DNA of 64,000 nt from Octopus sinensis (taxonomy: Eukaryota), in contig NW_021832859.1 in the NCBI RefSeq assembly GCF_006345805.1, forward strand, positions 48,708 through 112,707. Reading direction: 5' to 3'. The notes below the pieces were generated by a model that made no database searches, was not told the DNA's origin, and saw nothing but the letters and a program-made list of their open reading frames with translations. Shown here piece by piece: positions 41,126 to 56,524 of the stretch. Position numbers and translations under genes: made by a program. Numbering within the stretch: the stretch's first letter is position 1; every line of letters begins with the position of its first letter.

Positions 41126-41634
41126 CATGCATGTAATATTTATTGGTACGTCTGGAGTGTCGTCGTTTGATTTACGCTATTTTGCCCTTCAGCTTTGAAT
41201 AAACGTTGTGAAATATATAATGTACGGATTATTTCCGGACAAAAACACACATTACATGCAGAAACACATACACAGACGTATACACATATATAAATGTGTA
41301 TCAATGTGTATGTGTAGCGATATTGCACAGGCAATATTGCACGTGAAACGGAGTGTAAGGTACAGGATACGAGTGGGATTTATTAAAACTATATGAAAAT
41401 TAAAAAATAAATGAAACTATTAAATCATGTTAAAACTTAGAGAATATGTTTAAATAGAAAAAAAAACCCAAAATAAATTAAGACAGGTGCATTCATTTCA
41501 TGTTGGTGATATTTATATGCGGTTAAGACGTGTCTTAAATAAACACGCACACTCATACAATGCTATACATGTACACAAGAAGACAGTCACATTCATATTC
41601 ATACAATGACCATATGTTACTGGATCAAATATAT

Positions 41635-41971
41635 ATGGTTCCGGGTTCAGTCCCACTGCGTGGCATCTTGGGCAATTGTCTTCTGCTATAGCTCCGGGCC
41701 GACCAATGCCTTGTGAGGGGATTTGGTAGACGGAAATATGTATATATATATTTGTGTGCGTGTGTGTATTTGTGTGTCTGTGTTTGACCTCCTAGCATTG
41801 CTTGACAACCGATGCTGATGTGTTTACGTCCCTGTCACCTAGCAGTTCGGCAAAAGAGACCGATAGAATAAGTACTGGGCTTACAAGAATAAGTCCCGGG
41901 GTCGATTTGCTCGACTAAAGAGGCGGTGCCCCAGCATGGCCGCAGTCAAATGACTGAAACAAGTAAAAGAG

Positions 41972-41973
<2 letters not shown>
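41635..41973 (+). mobile_element. SINE family C, 5'-truncated
   Basis: Starts ATGGTTCCGGGTTCAG and ends AAAAGAGTA followed by (TA)n. Confidence 0.9.
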
Positions 41974-42003
<30 letters not shown>

Positions 42004-42217
42004 TATATATATTATATATATACATATATACTACATACATACACACAAACATATGTTTATACATGTGTGGGTTCTCTGTGTCTATATATGTAATCGTGTA
42101 TGCCTCTCTATCTACAATCTCCGTTTGTGTTTGTGTGTGGGCATTTGTGAATACTTACACACACACTGACACACAAATGCGATCTTACGACCACGAGTCC
42201 GCACATATAAACATATA

Positions 42218-42441
42218 GAGCTGGCAGAAATGTTAGCACGGTGGGCGAAATGCTTAGCGTTATTTCGTCTGCCGTTACGTTTTGAGTTCAAATTCCGCCG
42301 AGGTCCACTTTGTCTTTCATCCTTTCGGGGTCGATAAATTAAGTACCAGTTACACACTGGGGTCGATGTAATTGACTTAATCCCTTTGTCCGTCCTTGTT
42401 TGTCCCCTCTGTGTTTAGCCCCTTGTGGGTAGTAAAGAAAT
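42218..42441 (+). mobile_element. SINE family B
   Basis: GAGCTGGCAGAAATGTTAGC...CCTTGTGGGTAGTAAAGAAA. Confidence 0.9.
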
Positions 42442-42879
42442 TTATAGATGTATATATATAATTCGACATATAAGAAGAACAAATATATTTGTTTATTTCA
42501 GTTTAATAATTATTGTCTTCTGGATCTAAACCTATTTCATTTTCCTCTTACTGTATTCCATTACCGTCATAAGAATGCATTCCATTTATTTATCTCAAGC
42601 TCTGTTGCACCACAATGTTGATATACCATCTTGATAATTCCCCTCACCTTTCTCTCTCTCTGTTCCCCAATCTTGCCGTGTGTTTCCCTTCTTATATATA
42701 GCTCGAGAGGTTGATAATTTCATCATATTATTTCTTACATATATTCTCTGATCTCATGCAATGCCATCGACATAATTCCACATATTTCAAACCCATCGTA
42801 CCCTCTAATTTACATGTGATTCGAACAACGAAACATATCCTAGTTTATTGTACGTCTTCATACTTTGATACTAAAACAC

Positions 42880-43460
42880 CCACACACCACAGACATTGCA
42901 CATAAGCATACACACACATCATACATCACACAGACACACACACACACCATATACATTATATATAAGCATACAGGCACACATACACCACACATTGCACACG
43001 AGCATACGCGCACACACACGCATTGCAAACAAGCATACACACAGACACCTCACACACAATCACGCACCACACACATTGCACACAAGCGTACAGTCACACA
43101 TACCACACACATTGCACACAAGCATACACATACATACTCCACACACACACACTGGAAACAAGCATACACAGACACATCAAAACACACACACACTCATCAC
43201 ACACATTGCATACAAGCATACACACAGACACAGCACACAATTCACAGACTCACACACGCACGCATACACACACACCACACACCACACAACCCCCACACAT
43301 CACATACTCATATTCACACACACTGTACCCATAAACTCACACACGCACGCATACACACACACATCACATAACCCACACACATCATATACTCATCACACGC
43401 TCACATTCACACACACACACCCACCCACACACACTACACGCACACCACACTGTCACAATA
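42880..43460. repeat. CA-rich cryptic minisatellite
   Basis: Motif CATTGCACACAAGCATACAC recurs with variants in a (CA)n background. Confidence 0.8.
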
Positions 43461-43980
43461 TAATTACACGCATAGCTTACACTCAAGCATTACAACTCTC
43501 CACTCTCCTTTTCCTCTCTGCTTCGCCTCACTCCATATCATATCACTTAATTCCATTCGCTTCTTACTTACAATGTTTCCATACTAGTTGTCCATTCGCT
43601 CATCGAATCGTCTTCCCTCTTCTTTTATATATTACTACACATAATTTCGCTTTCTATACTCTCCCCAACATCTTCTACAGTTTCTCCTTACTCTTCATCC
43701 AAATCAATTTTCATCTTTACCCTCCTTTTAGAATTCCCTTCATTCTATGCAGACTAACTAAATGTTTCACTATTGCTTCACTTTAATTGATCCACTGCAT
43801 CATGTCCTTGCTATATATTTTTGTTACCATTTCATCTCCTCTAAGTATATTTTCCGTTATGCCATGTCATCTCTAGCAATACAATCTTTCTGCTTTGCTC
43901 GTCTCTAAATCCATTTACCGCCATGTTTCATTTCGCATATTTTCGTAATTCTTAGTAGTCATCTCCTGACATATAGCCAA

Positions 43981-43981
43981 A

Positions 43982-44067
<86 letters not shown>

Positions 44068-44138
44068 CCTATCTATCTATCTATCTATCTATCCATCCAT
44101 CCATCCATCCATCCATCCATCCATCCATCCATCCATCC

Positions 44139-44169
<31 letters not shown>

Positions 44170-44210
44170 CATCCATCCATCCATCCATCCATCCATCCAT
44201 CCATCCATCC

Positions 44211-44248
<38 letters not shown>

Positions 44249-44279
44249 ATGCATCTATCTATCCATCTATCTATCTATA

Positions 44280-44358
<79 letters not shown>

Positions 44359-44451
44359 ATCTATCCATCCACCAACCATCCATCCATCCATCCATCCATC
44401 CATCCATCTACCTATCTATCTATCTATCTATCTATATATCTATCTATCTAA

Positions 44452-44548
<97 letters not shown>
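43981..44548. repeat. (TATC)n/(CATC)n tetranucleotide array
   Basis: Direct reading. Confidence 0.97.
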
Positions 44549-44549
<1 letters not shown>

Positions 44550-44619
44550 CTGTCTGTGTGTCCATCAGTCCAGCGTAGCATAGTGATAGTAAGATAACTT
44601 GCTTCCTGTAAGTTCCTCG

Positions 44620-45545
44620 ATCCTTCCTTATGAAAGTTCACAATGTGTTGGAAGCTATTGACGAGATCCAAAAGCGACAGCTAAACGCAAAATGAATCCA
44701 CAGGGCCCCGAACACCATCAGAACGCATAACGTTGTGCAAAACGTGCACGAAATAACGAAGAACTCAAAGTTTCAAAGAAATAACGAAGACCTCAAAGTT
44801 TCAGAATACACCATCGGAAGTGTTTTGCATGTGGAATATCCGCTATAAGTTGTATGTGATGCGGAAGGGTCATTTTTTGTCGGATGTGATCGGAAAGAAT
44901 CGTGAAAATCCGTACCGAGCGCTTGATAGACAAAGCAAAATGCCAAGAGACTGGGATGATTCGTTTCTACCGATGAGAAAATCATCGATAAGGACATAAA
45001 GGTAAACCGAACGAACGGCTGATGTTATGCAGAGAGCTGAATGAATTTCCAACTGACACGCATATTAAGTTTCTAGCAAATGTGATGGTTCTGAGACAAG
45101 TCAACTACGAAGCAGGAAGATGTCGTGTCTCCTCACTATTTTCAAAGGAATTGAGAATGAATGAAAAGTATACATGTACTTGAGAATGAATGAAAAGTGC
45201 ACATGTACTGCTAAAAGCCGTGATGTTCTGGATAGAAAGAGGAAAGATCATCTTCGTACGCAAAGGAAGATCCTACCTCTGTCAACAAGACTACGCACCG
45301 TGCCATAAAGTTAGGACAGCCCAAGTGTCGATGGGTGCCAATTACCATGATCCTGTCCTCCCAAACATATTGTCGCCTAGCTTATCAATCCTCAAACCAT
45401 TGGACTATTAGAATTGGGTTGTATTTGAAAGACAAGTCAATAAATATCCTCATAACACCATACAACTGAACGAGACCGCCATACCCAACACTATGTCCAA
45501 AATTAATAAAGATCGTCTTATGCGGGCAGGTCATTGCTTCGGACA
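44620..45545 (+). mobile_element. Decayed maT (DD37D-like) transposon
   Basis: IRYKLYVMRKGHFLS, STDEKIIDKDIKVNR and YLCQQDYAPCH...LKPLDY*NWVVFERQVNKYPHNT. Confidence 0.8.
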
Positions 45546-45721
45546 CCCTCTTGAAGCAGCTAACATATATATATGCATATATGTAAATATCTATATATAC
45601 ACATGTGTATATGTGTGTATATATTATATATATATATTTTAAAAATATATCTATCAAAGTATCTATCTGCCTCTTTATCTATTTGTAATATTGCTATATC
45701 TCACATTCACACTCTCCCTCG

Positions 45722-45794
<73 letters not shown>

Positions 45795-45796
<2 letters not shown>

Positions 45797-46210
45797 CGCA
45801 GGAGTGGCTGTTTGGTAAGTAGCTTGCTAACCAACCACATGGTTCCGGGTTCAGTCCCACTGCGTGGCATCTTGGGCAAGTGTCTTCTGCTATTGTCCCG
45901 GGCTGACCAATGCCTTGTGAGTGGATTTGGTAGACGGAAACTGAAAGAAGCCTGTCGTATATATGTATATATATATAAGTGTGTGTGCATATGTTTGTGT
46001 GTCTGTGTTTGTCCCCCTAGCATTGCTTGACAACAGATGCTGGTGTGTTTACGTCCCTGTCACTTAGCGGTTCGGCAAAAGAGACCGATAGAATAAGTAC
46101 TGGGCTTACAAAGAATAAGTCCCGGGGTCGATTTGCGATTAAAGGCGGTGCTCCAGCATGGCCACAGTCAAATGACTGAAACAAGTAAAAGAGTAAAGAG
46201 TAAAAGAGTA
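45795..46210 (+). mobile_element. SINE family C
   Basis: Full length; (TA)n on both sides. Confidence 0.93.
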
Positions 46211-46222
46211 TATATATATATA

Positions 46223-46478
46223 TCACCGTGATCGACCAGGCTATCAGATGTTGCTACACATCGCTGGTCATAATGTGCTTCGCATTGTTTTAATCTTTAA
46301 ATGACGCCACCCCAGTGGCTAAGCGAGCAGGCCAACAGGAAGAAGCGAGAGAAAGTTGTGGCGTCGTGGGGCTTCGGATGTTTTCACTCAATAAACACTC
46401 AATGGCCGGTCTGGGAATCGAAACCGCCATGCTACAAGCATGAGTCCACTACCCTAACCACTGGGCCATTGCGCTTCA
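46223..46478 (-). mobile_element. SINE family A, tail type 2
   Basis: Family-A head; 3' part matches 58597-58740. Confidence 0.85.
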
Positions 46479-46481
46479 TAT

Positions 46482-47036
<555 letters not shown>

Positions 47037-47634
47037 ACAAATACATACATATACATTACATGCATATATTCATATATTCATACATACATTCTTGCAGCAA
47101 TGATTACACCAACACTTCCAAATTTCCGATTATTACAGAAAATATGTTGCTTACAGACACTCCCTCAATCACACACTATCCGTCTCTATCACTCACTCTT
47201 ACTCTCTCTCAGTATGTTTCACAGTTCAGTTTCGATATCTTTTTATTCCCCCCCCCCCTCCTTGCTTCTGTCTTTTGTCACAGATTTAATACATAACTGT
47301 GGCTAGACAATTTATCGATGACGATCTGGCTTGTTTTTTATTAAATAATCTTTAAATAAATATAAAACAAAACAAACTGTTTTTGTTACCCAATCTTTTC
47401 TAACCTACTTCACTTTTCTATTCACTTCTACCTTGCAGTCATTTCCTTCAGTCCTTCCATACATATTATCTGCACCTCTACCTTCCTCGTATGTCTGCTG
47501 TTCTCTGTATAATATTTTATATAAACTATCAAATGATGTTTGATTCTTAACCTTGTCTATGGTACATCATAATTATCGTAATTGAAAACTGAAACATTTT
47601 TTGTGCATATACATTATTTTTATCGTCTGGTATA

Positions 47635-48225
<591 letters not shown>

Positions 48226-49059
48226 TGTTGAGTCAGTATGTGATGTAGAGACAGGCTATGTTTCTTAATTTGTCTGATTCTCAGCATATCTCGCTATTGT
48301 GAAGAAAATAACCTCCATTGTTTTGGTCTTCCATTATATTCATCCAATTTTCCATTTCTCTTCGTCTCTCCCCGTTTGTCGTTTGTTTTATGTTCCGCTC
48401 TTTCTTTGTTTTCTCTTAAATATGCTCGGTGTTTTTTTTTCTATAATATTCTGTGATGCATTAATGATATTTTTGTATGTTTTTGTTCTTTTATTACTAT
48501 ACGTTTTTCATTTATTTTTCAATAGGCAACCCATAATTTTTCTGACTAAAATCCAGAGAAAAAAAAATATTACACTTCCCATCGAAACAATGTAGAAAAT
48601 AATATGTTGTCTGTTATTACATAATATAAACATCACCACCACAACAACTATCATGGCCCAATGATGAAACATCAAAGTGGACGATTAACTACCTAGAAAT
48701 GACAACTCCTAGCACGTTACATCTTAAACAACGGCTTAACGAGTAAGAAAATGACATCTTGAATAATGTGGTATTAGAATTTAAAGTAGTCGAGAACTCA
48801 GCATTTAATGGCTGCTGGCTGCAACGATTGATCAGGTTAGCCTGGGGCTAAAAATCAATGATAGATCATGAATAAATGATGAAGTCTGTACGTGTTCCTT
48901 CAATTACCTTAATATGTCAAGGAAATTATTCTGGGAAACTACTCTGTTTTTAATTGTTTGTAATTGCTATATATATATATACCGGCGTATATGCATGTTC
49001 TGCTTCTACCAGATTTGATGAAGGAGATTGCCATGATTAATGATAAGTAATGTCTTTAA

Positions 49060-49279
49060 CCCTTTAGTGTTTAAACCGGCCATATCTGGCCCAGATATTC
49101 TACATGTTTTATATTCAAACGGGTGATATCTAGCCTCTCACACCTAACCTACATTGATATTCTAAAAACAAACAATCACATCATTGAAACCTCAAAGCTA
49201 TAAGGTAATGCATCATTAATTCAAAACAATTTGAGTGAAAAATTATTACATTTAACAGAGTAATCTGAACACTAAAGGG
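49060..49279. mobile_element. piggyBac-type MITE (220 bp)
   Basis: TTAA|CCCTTTAGTGTT...AACACTAAAGGG|TTAA, with perfect 12-bp TIRs. Confidence 0.9.
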
Positions 49280-49771
49280 TTAAACGTTTTTTTTTAAAAT
49301 TTACTATATTACTCTGCTATCCACCTTCGCTGGTTGACAGGCTGTAGTTCTAACCCTTTTATGTTTCTCAGATGCTGGTAATTGTGATTTGGAAATTTCA
49401 CTTTACAGCTCGCCTGTTGGTTATGGTAACCTGATGAATGGGAGCTGCGTAAAATGTTACGTAATCTCGCAGCTACTGTGCGTACTGCATACTGACTATA
49501 ATATGCTTACCTGACGTTAATGTAGCCTAACGATACAATTGTAGCAATTCGATATTATCATTCTTCTGTTTTTATTATATTTTTATACCACGCTTGGCAA
49601 TCCATTCGGAATACTTTTAGGATTGTGGATTATCTAACTATAGTGAAATTCCCTTTATCGATGTATTGTCGTCTATGATAATGGATTAATAAAATATTTT
49701 GAGTCATTCCATCAAGACAATTTGTATCGTGCCTCACTTTTGTATATCACGATCCTTAGCGGATCCCTATC

Positions 49772-49981
<210 letters not shown>

Positions 49982-50019
49982 AAATATGTATATACACACA
50001 TGCACGCATGTTCATTCTA

Positions 50020-50063
<44 letters not shown>

Positions 50064-50358
50064 ATGTCAGGGTATAAATGAGAATAATTTGACATTAAAC
50101 TGGAGAATTACTTATTGCATTTATATCCATGCTTCTTCATGAAGCTCTTAAAACTAAGATTTGTCAATGACTTCAAAACGTCGCTTTCTCTTGTTATATT
50201 CATGGCTTAACTTATATATGTACAAAGATAAACACAAACACAAACGCACATATATACACATATTTAAAAATCCATCTACCTGCGAACAGAAATGCATTAA
50301 ATCAGTCTATTGTCTGTTATAAATATGTATATACGTTATTTGCAATATGGTATATATA

Positions 50359-50740
50359 GGAGCACTCCGTCGGTTACGACGATGAGGGTCCCAGCTGATA
50401 CGATCAACGGAACAGCTTGCTCGTGGAATTAACGTGCAAGTGGCTGAGCATTCCACAGACACGTGTACCCTTAACATAGTTCTCAAGGAGATTCAGCGTG
50501 ACACAAAGTGTGACAAGGCTGGCCCTTTGAAATACAGGTACAACAGAAACAGGAAGAAAGAGTGAGAGAAAGTTGTGGTGAAAGAGTACAGCAGGGTTCA
50601 CCACCACCCCCTGCAGGAGCCATGTGAAGCTTTTGGTATTTTCGCTCAATAAACACTCACAATGCCCGGTCTGGGAATCGAAACCGTGATCCTACGACCG
50701 CGAGTCCGCTGTCCTAACCACTGGGTCATTGCGCCTCCAC
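50359..50740 (-). mobile_element. SINE family A, tail type 1
   Basis: TSD TTGCAATATGGTA at 50340-50352 and 50741-50753. Confidence 0.92.
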
Positions 50741-50794
50741 TTGCAATATGGTACACAAAATAAATATAGAAATATTTGGAGCCTCAGGTACAGA

Positions 50795-50840
<46 letters not shown>

Positions 50841-53800
50841 GCTCTCTCTCTCATGGCAAATTTGTTTGAAGTGGTTTTAGTTACTTATTGGTTTCTTATT
50901 GTTGGAGAAGCTTAGAGGTCATTAGATGTTGACTATCTGAATGAATATAGGCCGCTCTTACTTTCTGGATGTAAGTACGAGTGTATTCAGGACACTGCAT
51001 GTTCTCTGATATGGATTTGATGTGGCTGATGTTTACCCTGAAAATCAGTTGGGGAACCTAAGACTGGTAATCATACTGTGACAGGCAGTTTTGAGCATTT
51101 CGTGATACATGCATGTCGTATCGTAGAAGACAGAACGTTGATCAAGTGTTTAATTCAGTTTTTAGGATGTGCACTAACTTTATAGCATCATATGTTAATG
51201 ATAGAGAGTACATTTCCGTTGTCGGATTTTGCTCAATTTAGAGATATGATCTTAAATGTTGAGTGGTTGCCGCTTTTCTTTATGTTGGTCCCTATTAAGC
51301 ACCAGAGATTAAATAAACTCCCACTGTGACTACCCCTTCCTTAATTACTTTCTAGGATAATATTATTCATTATAATCTTAACAATTTTTTAACAAAGTAG
51401 TGTGTACTTTTTGGAAAATTTGCCTCTTATTGCGAGCAGATTGTAGGTGGACCTCAGCAAATCCCTTGGATTTTAATGTGGAATGGCTGTAACCAAATCA
51501 TTACAATTCTGTTATATTTTTAGGTATCAATGTTCGGCAGTAGTTTTTATATCCCCCAAAAATCATGAGAAGTGTACCACCGGTAACTGAGAAGTGTAAC
51601 TGGGGTTGTATTATCAAATGAGGCGTTCGTTGTTTAAATGGGTGAGTTGTGAGTTGAGCGACAATTCACTACAGTTTCTTGCAAGGTTTGCGACCGCCAA
51701 GAGGTCCCTCTTACTGTCTAAATGCGTAACTAAGTTCAGGGACGGCAGCTCATATACCTCTAAGAGGCACTGATTAGTTTCTATAAACTGGGTACTTAAT
51801 TTTAGACGTTAGGTGTGTATTAGCTTATTGATGATATTTAGAGAAAACTTTTCAATTAATTAAAATTTCCATTATAATCAAGATCTTCATATTCACATTA
51901 ATTTATGCGAAGGAAAATTGGTCAAGGCAAATAAATGATCACTCCAATGTTTTATTAATTAAATTAATTTTAATTTAATCATACGGTGAGAAGATAGAAA
52001 CAAGAAGTTGGTAACTAATAATTTGATATTAGTCAGGCAGAAAGAGAACAATAGGTTTGGTTCGGTATTATAAGTTTTCTTTACTAAAATACTAAAATAA
52101 AGCTTTTCTCAATTTTTGTGAGATGTAATAATAGAATCAGTATATAAATACATAAGCAATATTTGGTTGAAAAATTCACATGAGTGAGAGGTGTTTTCTA
52201 CACGAGAGAAACTATTTCAGTGTGTTCCAGTTTTACATTGTTATTGAGCAGTTTATATTAACGTTTGTTCTCTAGTTTACTAGTACATCCCAACGGCAAA
52301 TTAACTTAAATCAACTGAAATAATTTCCCACACTATATTAAATATGTTAGCCCTGATTCAACAGTATTTTATGTGGATGGCTCCTGTAGAAAATTTATTT
52401 TGGCTTCTGAGGAAGGCCGAGCCAATGTAGGACTAATTGAATTCTAAGTTTGCTATACGAATTCAAGCGGTGATAAACGGGTTCAGAGTATATAAAAAGC
52501 ATAATTTGTTGAGAAGTACTCGCTCAACGTTTAAAGCAGAAATGACAAACTTTAGCTGGTATTGTTCAGAAATATAACTAACTTCGTATCAGTATTGCGA
52601 GCCCCCTAGATTTTAGCTTGGCTCTCGAGGAAGAACAACGAAGCTGTAAATAAGGCCCTGAAATATAGGAGAAATTATGTAGTGTAACCTGAAGAAAAAT
52701 GTTTAAAAAAAAAGAGAAAGCTAATGGTTGGTATGAGGAACAACTGATCCTAAAACAGTTTGATTTTGGCTGATGTCATATAAGAACAACAAGTGGAATA
52801 TAAGTAATAGATTGATAGAGAAATTTATTTCGATATTCGAAATGAAATGACACAGTAAGTTATGAGAAACCGCTGAACAAATTCTCTTAAAGCGATTGTT
52901 ACTTTTTCACAGATGAAATAAATGACAAGAAAACAAATCTAAAATATGAATAAAAAATGAATCCTAATTCAAAATAATACTGTCTTGTAGAATGACAACC
53001 ACACAGCTGTTTTTGGAAATGAATCGTTGATATTTCATATAAAAACGACATCTCATGTCACATCCATATAAATCATTGAGTATTTCTTACGTACAACATT
53101 TAATATATTTCTCCCTACATGAATTTTTAAAGTTTATGAAATTGGTCCACATAAGTTATTCTCCATTAACTCCTTTTCTACAAAAATACCCTGAAACAAA
53201 TTTTTGTCCATCCTTTACTACTTGCAATTGCTTATGTCCCCTGCTTTGAGAAAACCATATTCTGTTTATGCTTTTTAATAAGAGCGAAACATGTCTATAT
53301 TTGTATATTTCTCTGTTATATATAATCAATTTTTCTACATCAAGAACAGAAATTAAATTTCTAGTGAAATAATTTCGAGAATTTCAAAAGAATAATTGTC
53401 TCTTACGATTGCCCCCAAACATACTTAGCTTTCTCCAACAAAAAATGTAAATTAGTTTGCAAAAAATTGCATACATCATTCAGTACATCAACCTCAACTT
53501 GAAACACACAAACATATGTGTGCCTCGTTACGTATGGGGGCTTTATACAGGAATAGAAGTGAAAGAAAAGAAAAAAACTGCGGAACGGTGGGCATTGTCA
53601 AACCTCATCTCTCTATTCTCTGTTTCATGCATCAGGGAGCTATGCAGTTTGCACTTGACAGTTTACAACTAACAGCTATAATCATATGTATCGTTGCTAT
53701 TATGTTAGACTGCCGTATGTCCAAATTGGGCCTAATGCGTTTTTTTTTTGTTTTTTTTCAAAATTTAATTTTCCTTGCTTTTGATAAAATTTTCGTATCT

Positions 53801-54377
53801 CCAGCTGCTTCAGATGGCAAGATATGAAAGTCAAGTACAACGGTTTACCATTTTTCAAAAGTGTAGTAAGTCCCACATAAGGCAGTTTTGTAAAAATCTG
53901 TCTAACTGAAAATAGCATACTTGCATGGTGTTACGATTTTATGCACCCAACGAAGTATTATTGTTAAACTGAAACGGTTGCTAATGTAAAAAGAAATGGA
54001 ACGGTGACACTATTTTTTCGTTTTCTAGAAAAGCTACGTTTTGGACTTACGACACTTTTCGATAAAAGTAACATACATTTGAATACGTGTGTATGAGTGA
54101 CAGTCTAGGAAACCTGGAGGATTTTAACAACCAATGTCTAGAGCAGATCGGTTCTGTCAAGTACTGAAGGGCATATGTTTCTGACCCCCGAAATATACGT
54201 GTAGCAATCACCCCTATATTCATGCACCTTTCGTACCTTCGGGGTGTATAACATAAGTATCTTTTGAATCCTGGTGTCAATTTAATCGGCTTCGTCCTTC
54301 CCGCAGAACGGCTGGCCTAATACCAAAATGTGAACTCCTTATTATTCTTACTAAAGAGGCGTTCTGACACAATCTTT

Positions 54378-54565
54378 AGTACGCTGGGTAAAATGCTTAA
54401 CAGTGTTTCATCCGTCTTTACTTTTCTGAGTTTAAATTCCGCCGAGCTCGACTTTGCCTTTTATCCTCTCGGAGTCGATAAAATAAGTACCAGTTGAACA
54501 CTGGGATCTATACAATCAACTCATCCCTCCCCCAAAATTGCTGCCCTTGTGGCAAAATTTGAAAC

Positions 54566-54567
<2 letters not shown>
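54378..54567 (+). mobile_element. Old family-B SINE ending in a (TTA)n tail
   Basis: GCCGAGCTCGACTTTGCC...CCCTTGTGGCAAAATTTGAAACCA followed by ATT repeats to 54641. Confidence 0.85.
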
Positions 54568-54617
<50 letters not shown>

Positions 54618-54641
54618 GTTATTATTATTATTATTATTATT

Positions 54642-55197
54642 GAGTGAGAGAGCAGTGCATGCCATCAAAGTGACACTGGGGTAAAATATACGAAGCCCAA
54701 TATACCCATCATGACTACCCGTCTGATAAAGGTACACCAGGCACATGCATCACAACCATATGTGCGCGACATGGTGATCTCATATCAAGATAAACAGCAC
54801 ATGACCTTGCAGGTGGGGCCCAGTTAGAATTTTCTTCAGATTGAGTAGCCCATCCCGCTCAAACGGTCCCTGAATAAGGGTTGTTTAAGGATGTTGAAAG
54901 AACCACCCATGTTTCCAGAGGTGAACTATTCAAACCCCATAGAATCCCTCTCAACACATGGCTATGATGCTCCCCCACTACTTCTGCTCGTGATCAGAGA
55001 TGCACATATTGTCAGCCACGAAGGGACATGCTCAACTGGTTAAGGTCAAACAACTGACAAGCAAATCTGTGGTATTGAGCAGAATATTTGCTGTAGCCCA
55101 TCTTTTATACCAAGACAAAACAATGTACATGATAACACTTCCAATCAGTTAAGATCAGAAGCCATGAGAGCCACTGCCTGGTACTGCATCAGGGCAT
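54642..55197 (-). mobile_element. Element E, apparently full length (~556 bp)
   Basis: Same two ends as 55831-56374; (TTA)n on both sides. Confidence 0.88.
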
Positions 55198-55232
55198 TTA
55201 TTATTATTATTATTATCATTATTATTATTACT

Positions 55233-55380
55233 TTTTTTTTTCTTCTTTCAAATTTTCTTCCATTTCTTGCCGAGTGTCTTGCAGACTCCTAGGGCAAAGA
55301 AACTCATAGTGTATATTGGTAGGCCATTAAACCAAACTCGTCCATTTAAAAAATTTTTTTTAAAGCTAAATTAAAATACA
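55233..55380 (-). mobile_element. Short 3'-end-like fragment between (TTA)n tracts
   Basis: Shares a ~55-bp motif with 36573-36628, which also lies next to (AAT)n. Confidence 0.55.
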
Positions 55381-55386
55381 TTATTA

Positions 55387-55436
<50 letters not shown>

Positions 55437-55439
<3 letters not shown>

Positions 55440-55750
55440 TAGTTATATTTTCATAGCGTGCTTTCACTTCACTACCGTGCGCAGCTTTGTGTGCCTTGAG
55501 TATGTGCTGTGGTTTGCTGTGATGCTCTTATGGTTACGAGATTGAAAGTGTTTTGTTGTGCCCATTCGTGCAATTTTCTGTATGTTATATATAATTGTAA
55601 GTCCTGCTGTTTTTGTTAAGTATTTGTCTGTATTTATCATACCTAATGCGCCTACTATGATAGGGATTGTTTCTCTTTTTAGATTCCACATTCGATTTAC
55701 CTCTATTTCCAGGTCTTTGTATATTGAATGTTTCTCCATTTCTTTTAGAG
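55437..55750 (-). pseudogene. 3' end of an RLE-type (R4/Dong-like) retrotransposon
   Basis: SLKEMEKHSIYKDLEIEVNRMWNLKRETIPIIVGALG...NIQKIARMGT, then a 3' UTR and (AAT)n. Confidence 0.85.
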
Positions 55751-55795
55751 AATTATTATTATTATTATTATTATTATTATTTATTATTATTATTA

Positions 55796-55827
<32 letters not shown>

Positions 55828-55830
55828 ATT

Positions 55831-56373
55831 GAGTGAGAGAGCAGTGCATGCCATCAAAGTGACACTGGGGTAAAATATACGAAGCCCAGTATACCCATCA
55901 TGACTACCCGACTGATAAGGGTACACCAGGCACATGCATCACAACCATATGGTGATCTCATTTCAAGATAAACAGCGCATGACCTTACAGGTGGGGCCCG
56001 GTTAGAATTTTCTTCTGTTCGAGTAGCCCATCCCACTCAAAAGGTCCCTGAATAAGGGTTGTTTAAGGATGTTGAACGAAACACCCATGTTTCCAAAGGT
56101 GAATTATCCAAGCCTCCAAGAATTTCTTTCAACACATGGCTATGATGCTCCCCCACTACTTCTGCTCGTGATCAGAGATGCACATATTGTCAGCCACTAA
56201 GGGACATGGTCAACTTGTTGAGGTCAAACAACTGACAAGCAAATCTGTGGTATTGAGCAGAATATTTGCTGTAGCCCATCTTTTATACCAAGACAAAACA
56301 ATGTACATGATAACACTTCCAATCAGTTAAGATCAAAAGCCATGAGAGTCACGGCCTGGTACTGCATCAGGGC

Positions 56374-56374
<1 letters not shown>
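55831..56374 (-). mobile_element. Element E, apparently full length
   Basis: Co-linear with 54642-55197; (TTA)n on both sides. Confidence 0.88.
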
Positions 56375-56462
<88 letters not shown>

Positions 56463-56468
56463 ATTATG

Positions 56469-56521
<53 letters not shown>

Positions 56522-56524
<3 letters not shown>

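Noticed and set aside
42880-43460. CRISPR-like array
   Set aside because: The context is eukaryotic, the repeats are degenerate, the spacers are low-complexity and there are no cas genes.
42865-43786. 296-aa His/Thr-rich ORF
   Set aside because: It is a translation of the CA-rich minisatellite, with no domain structure.
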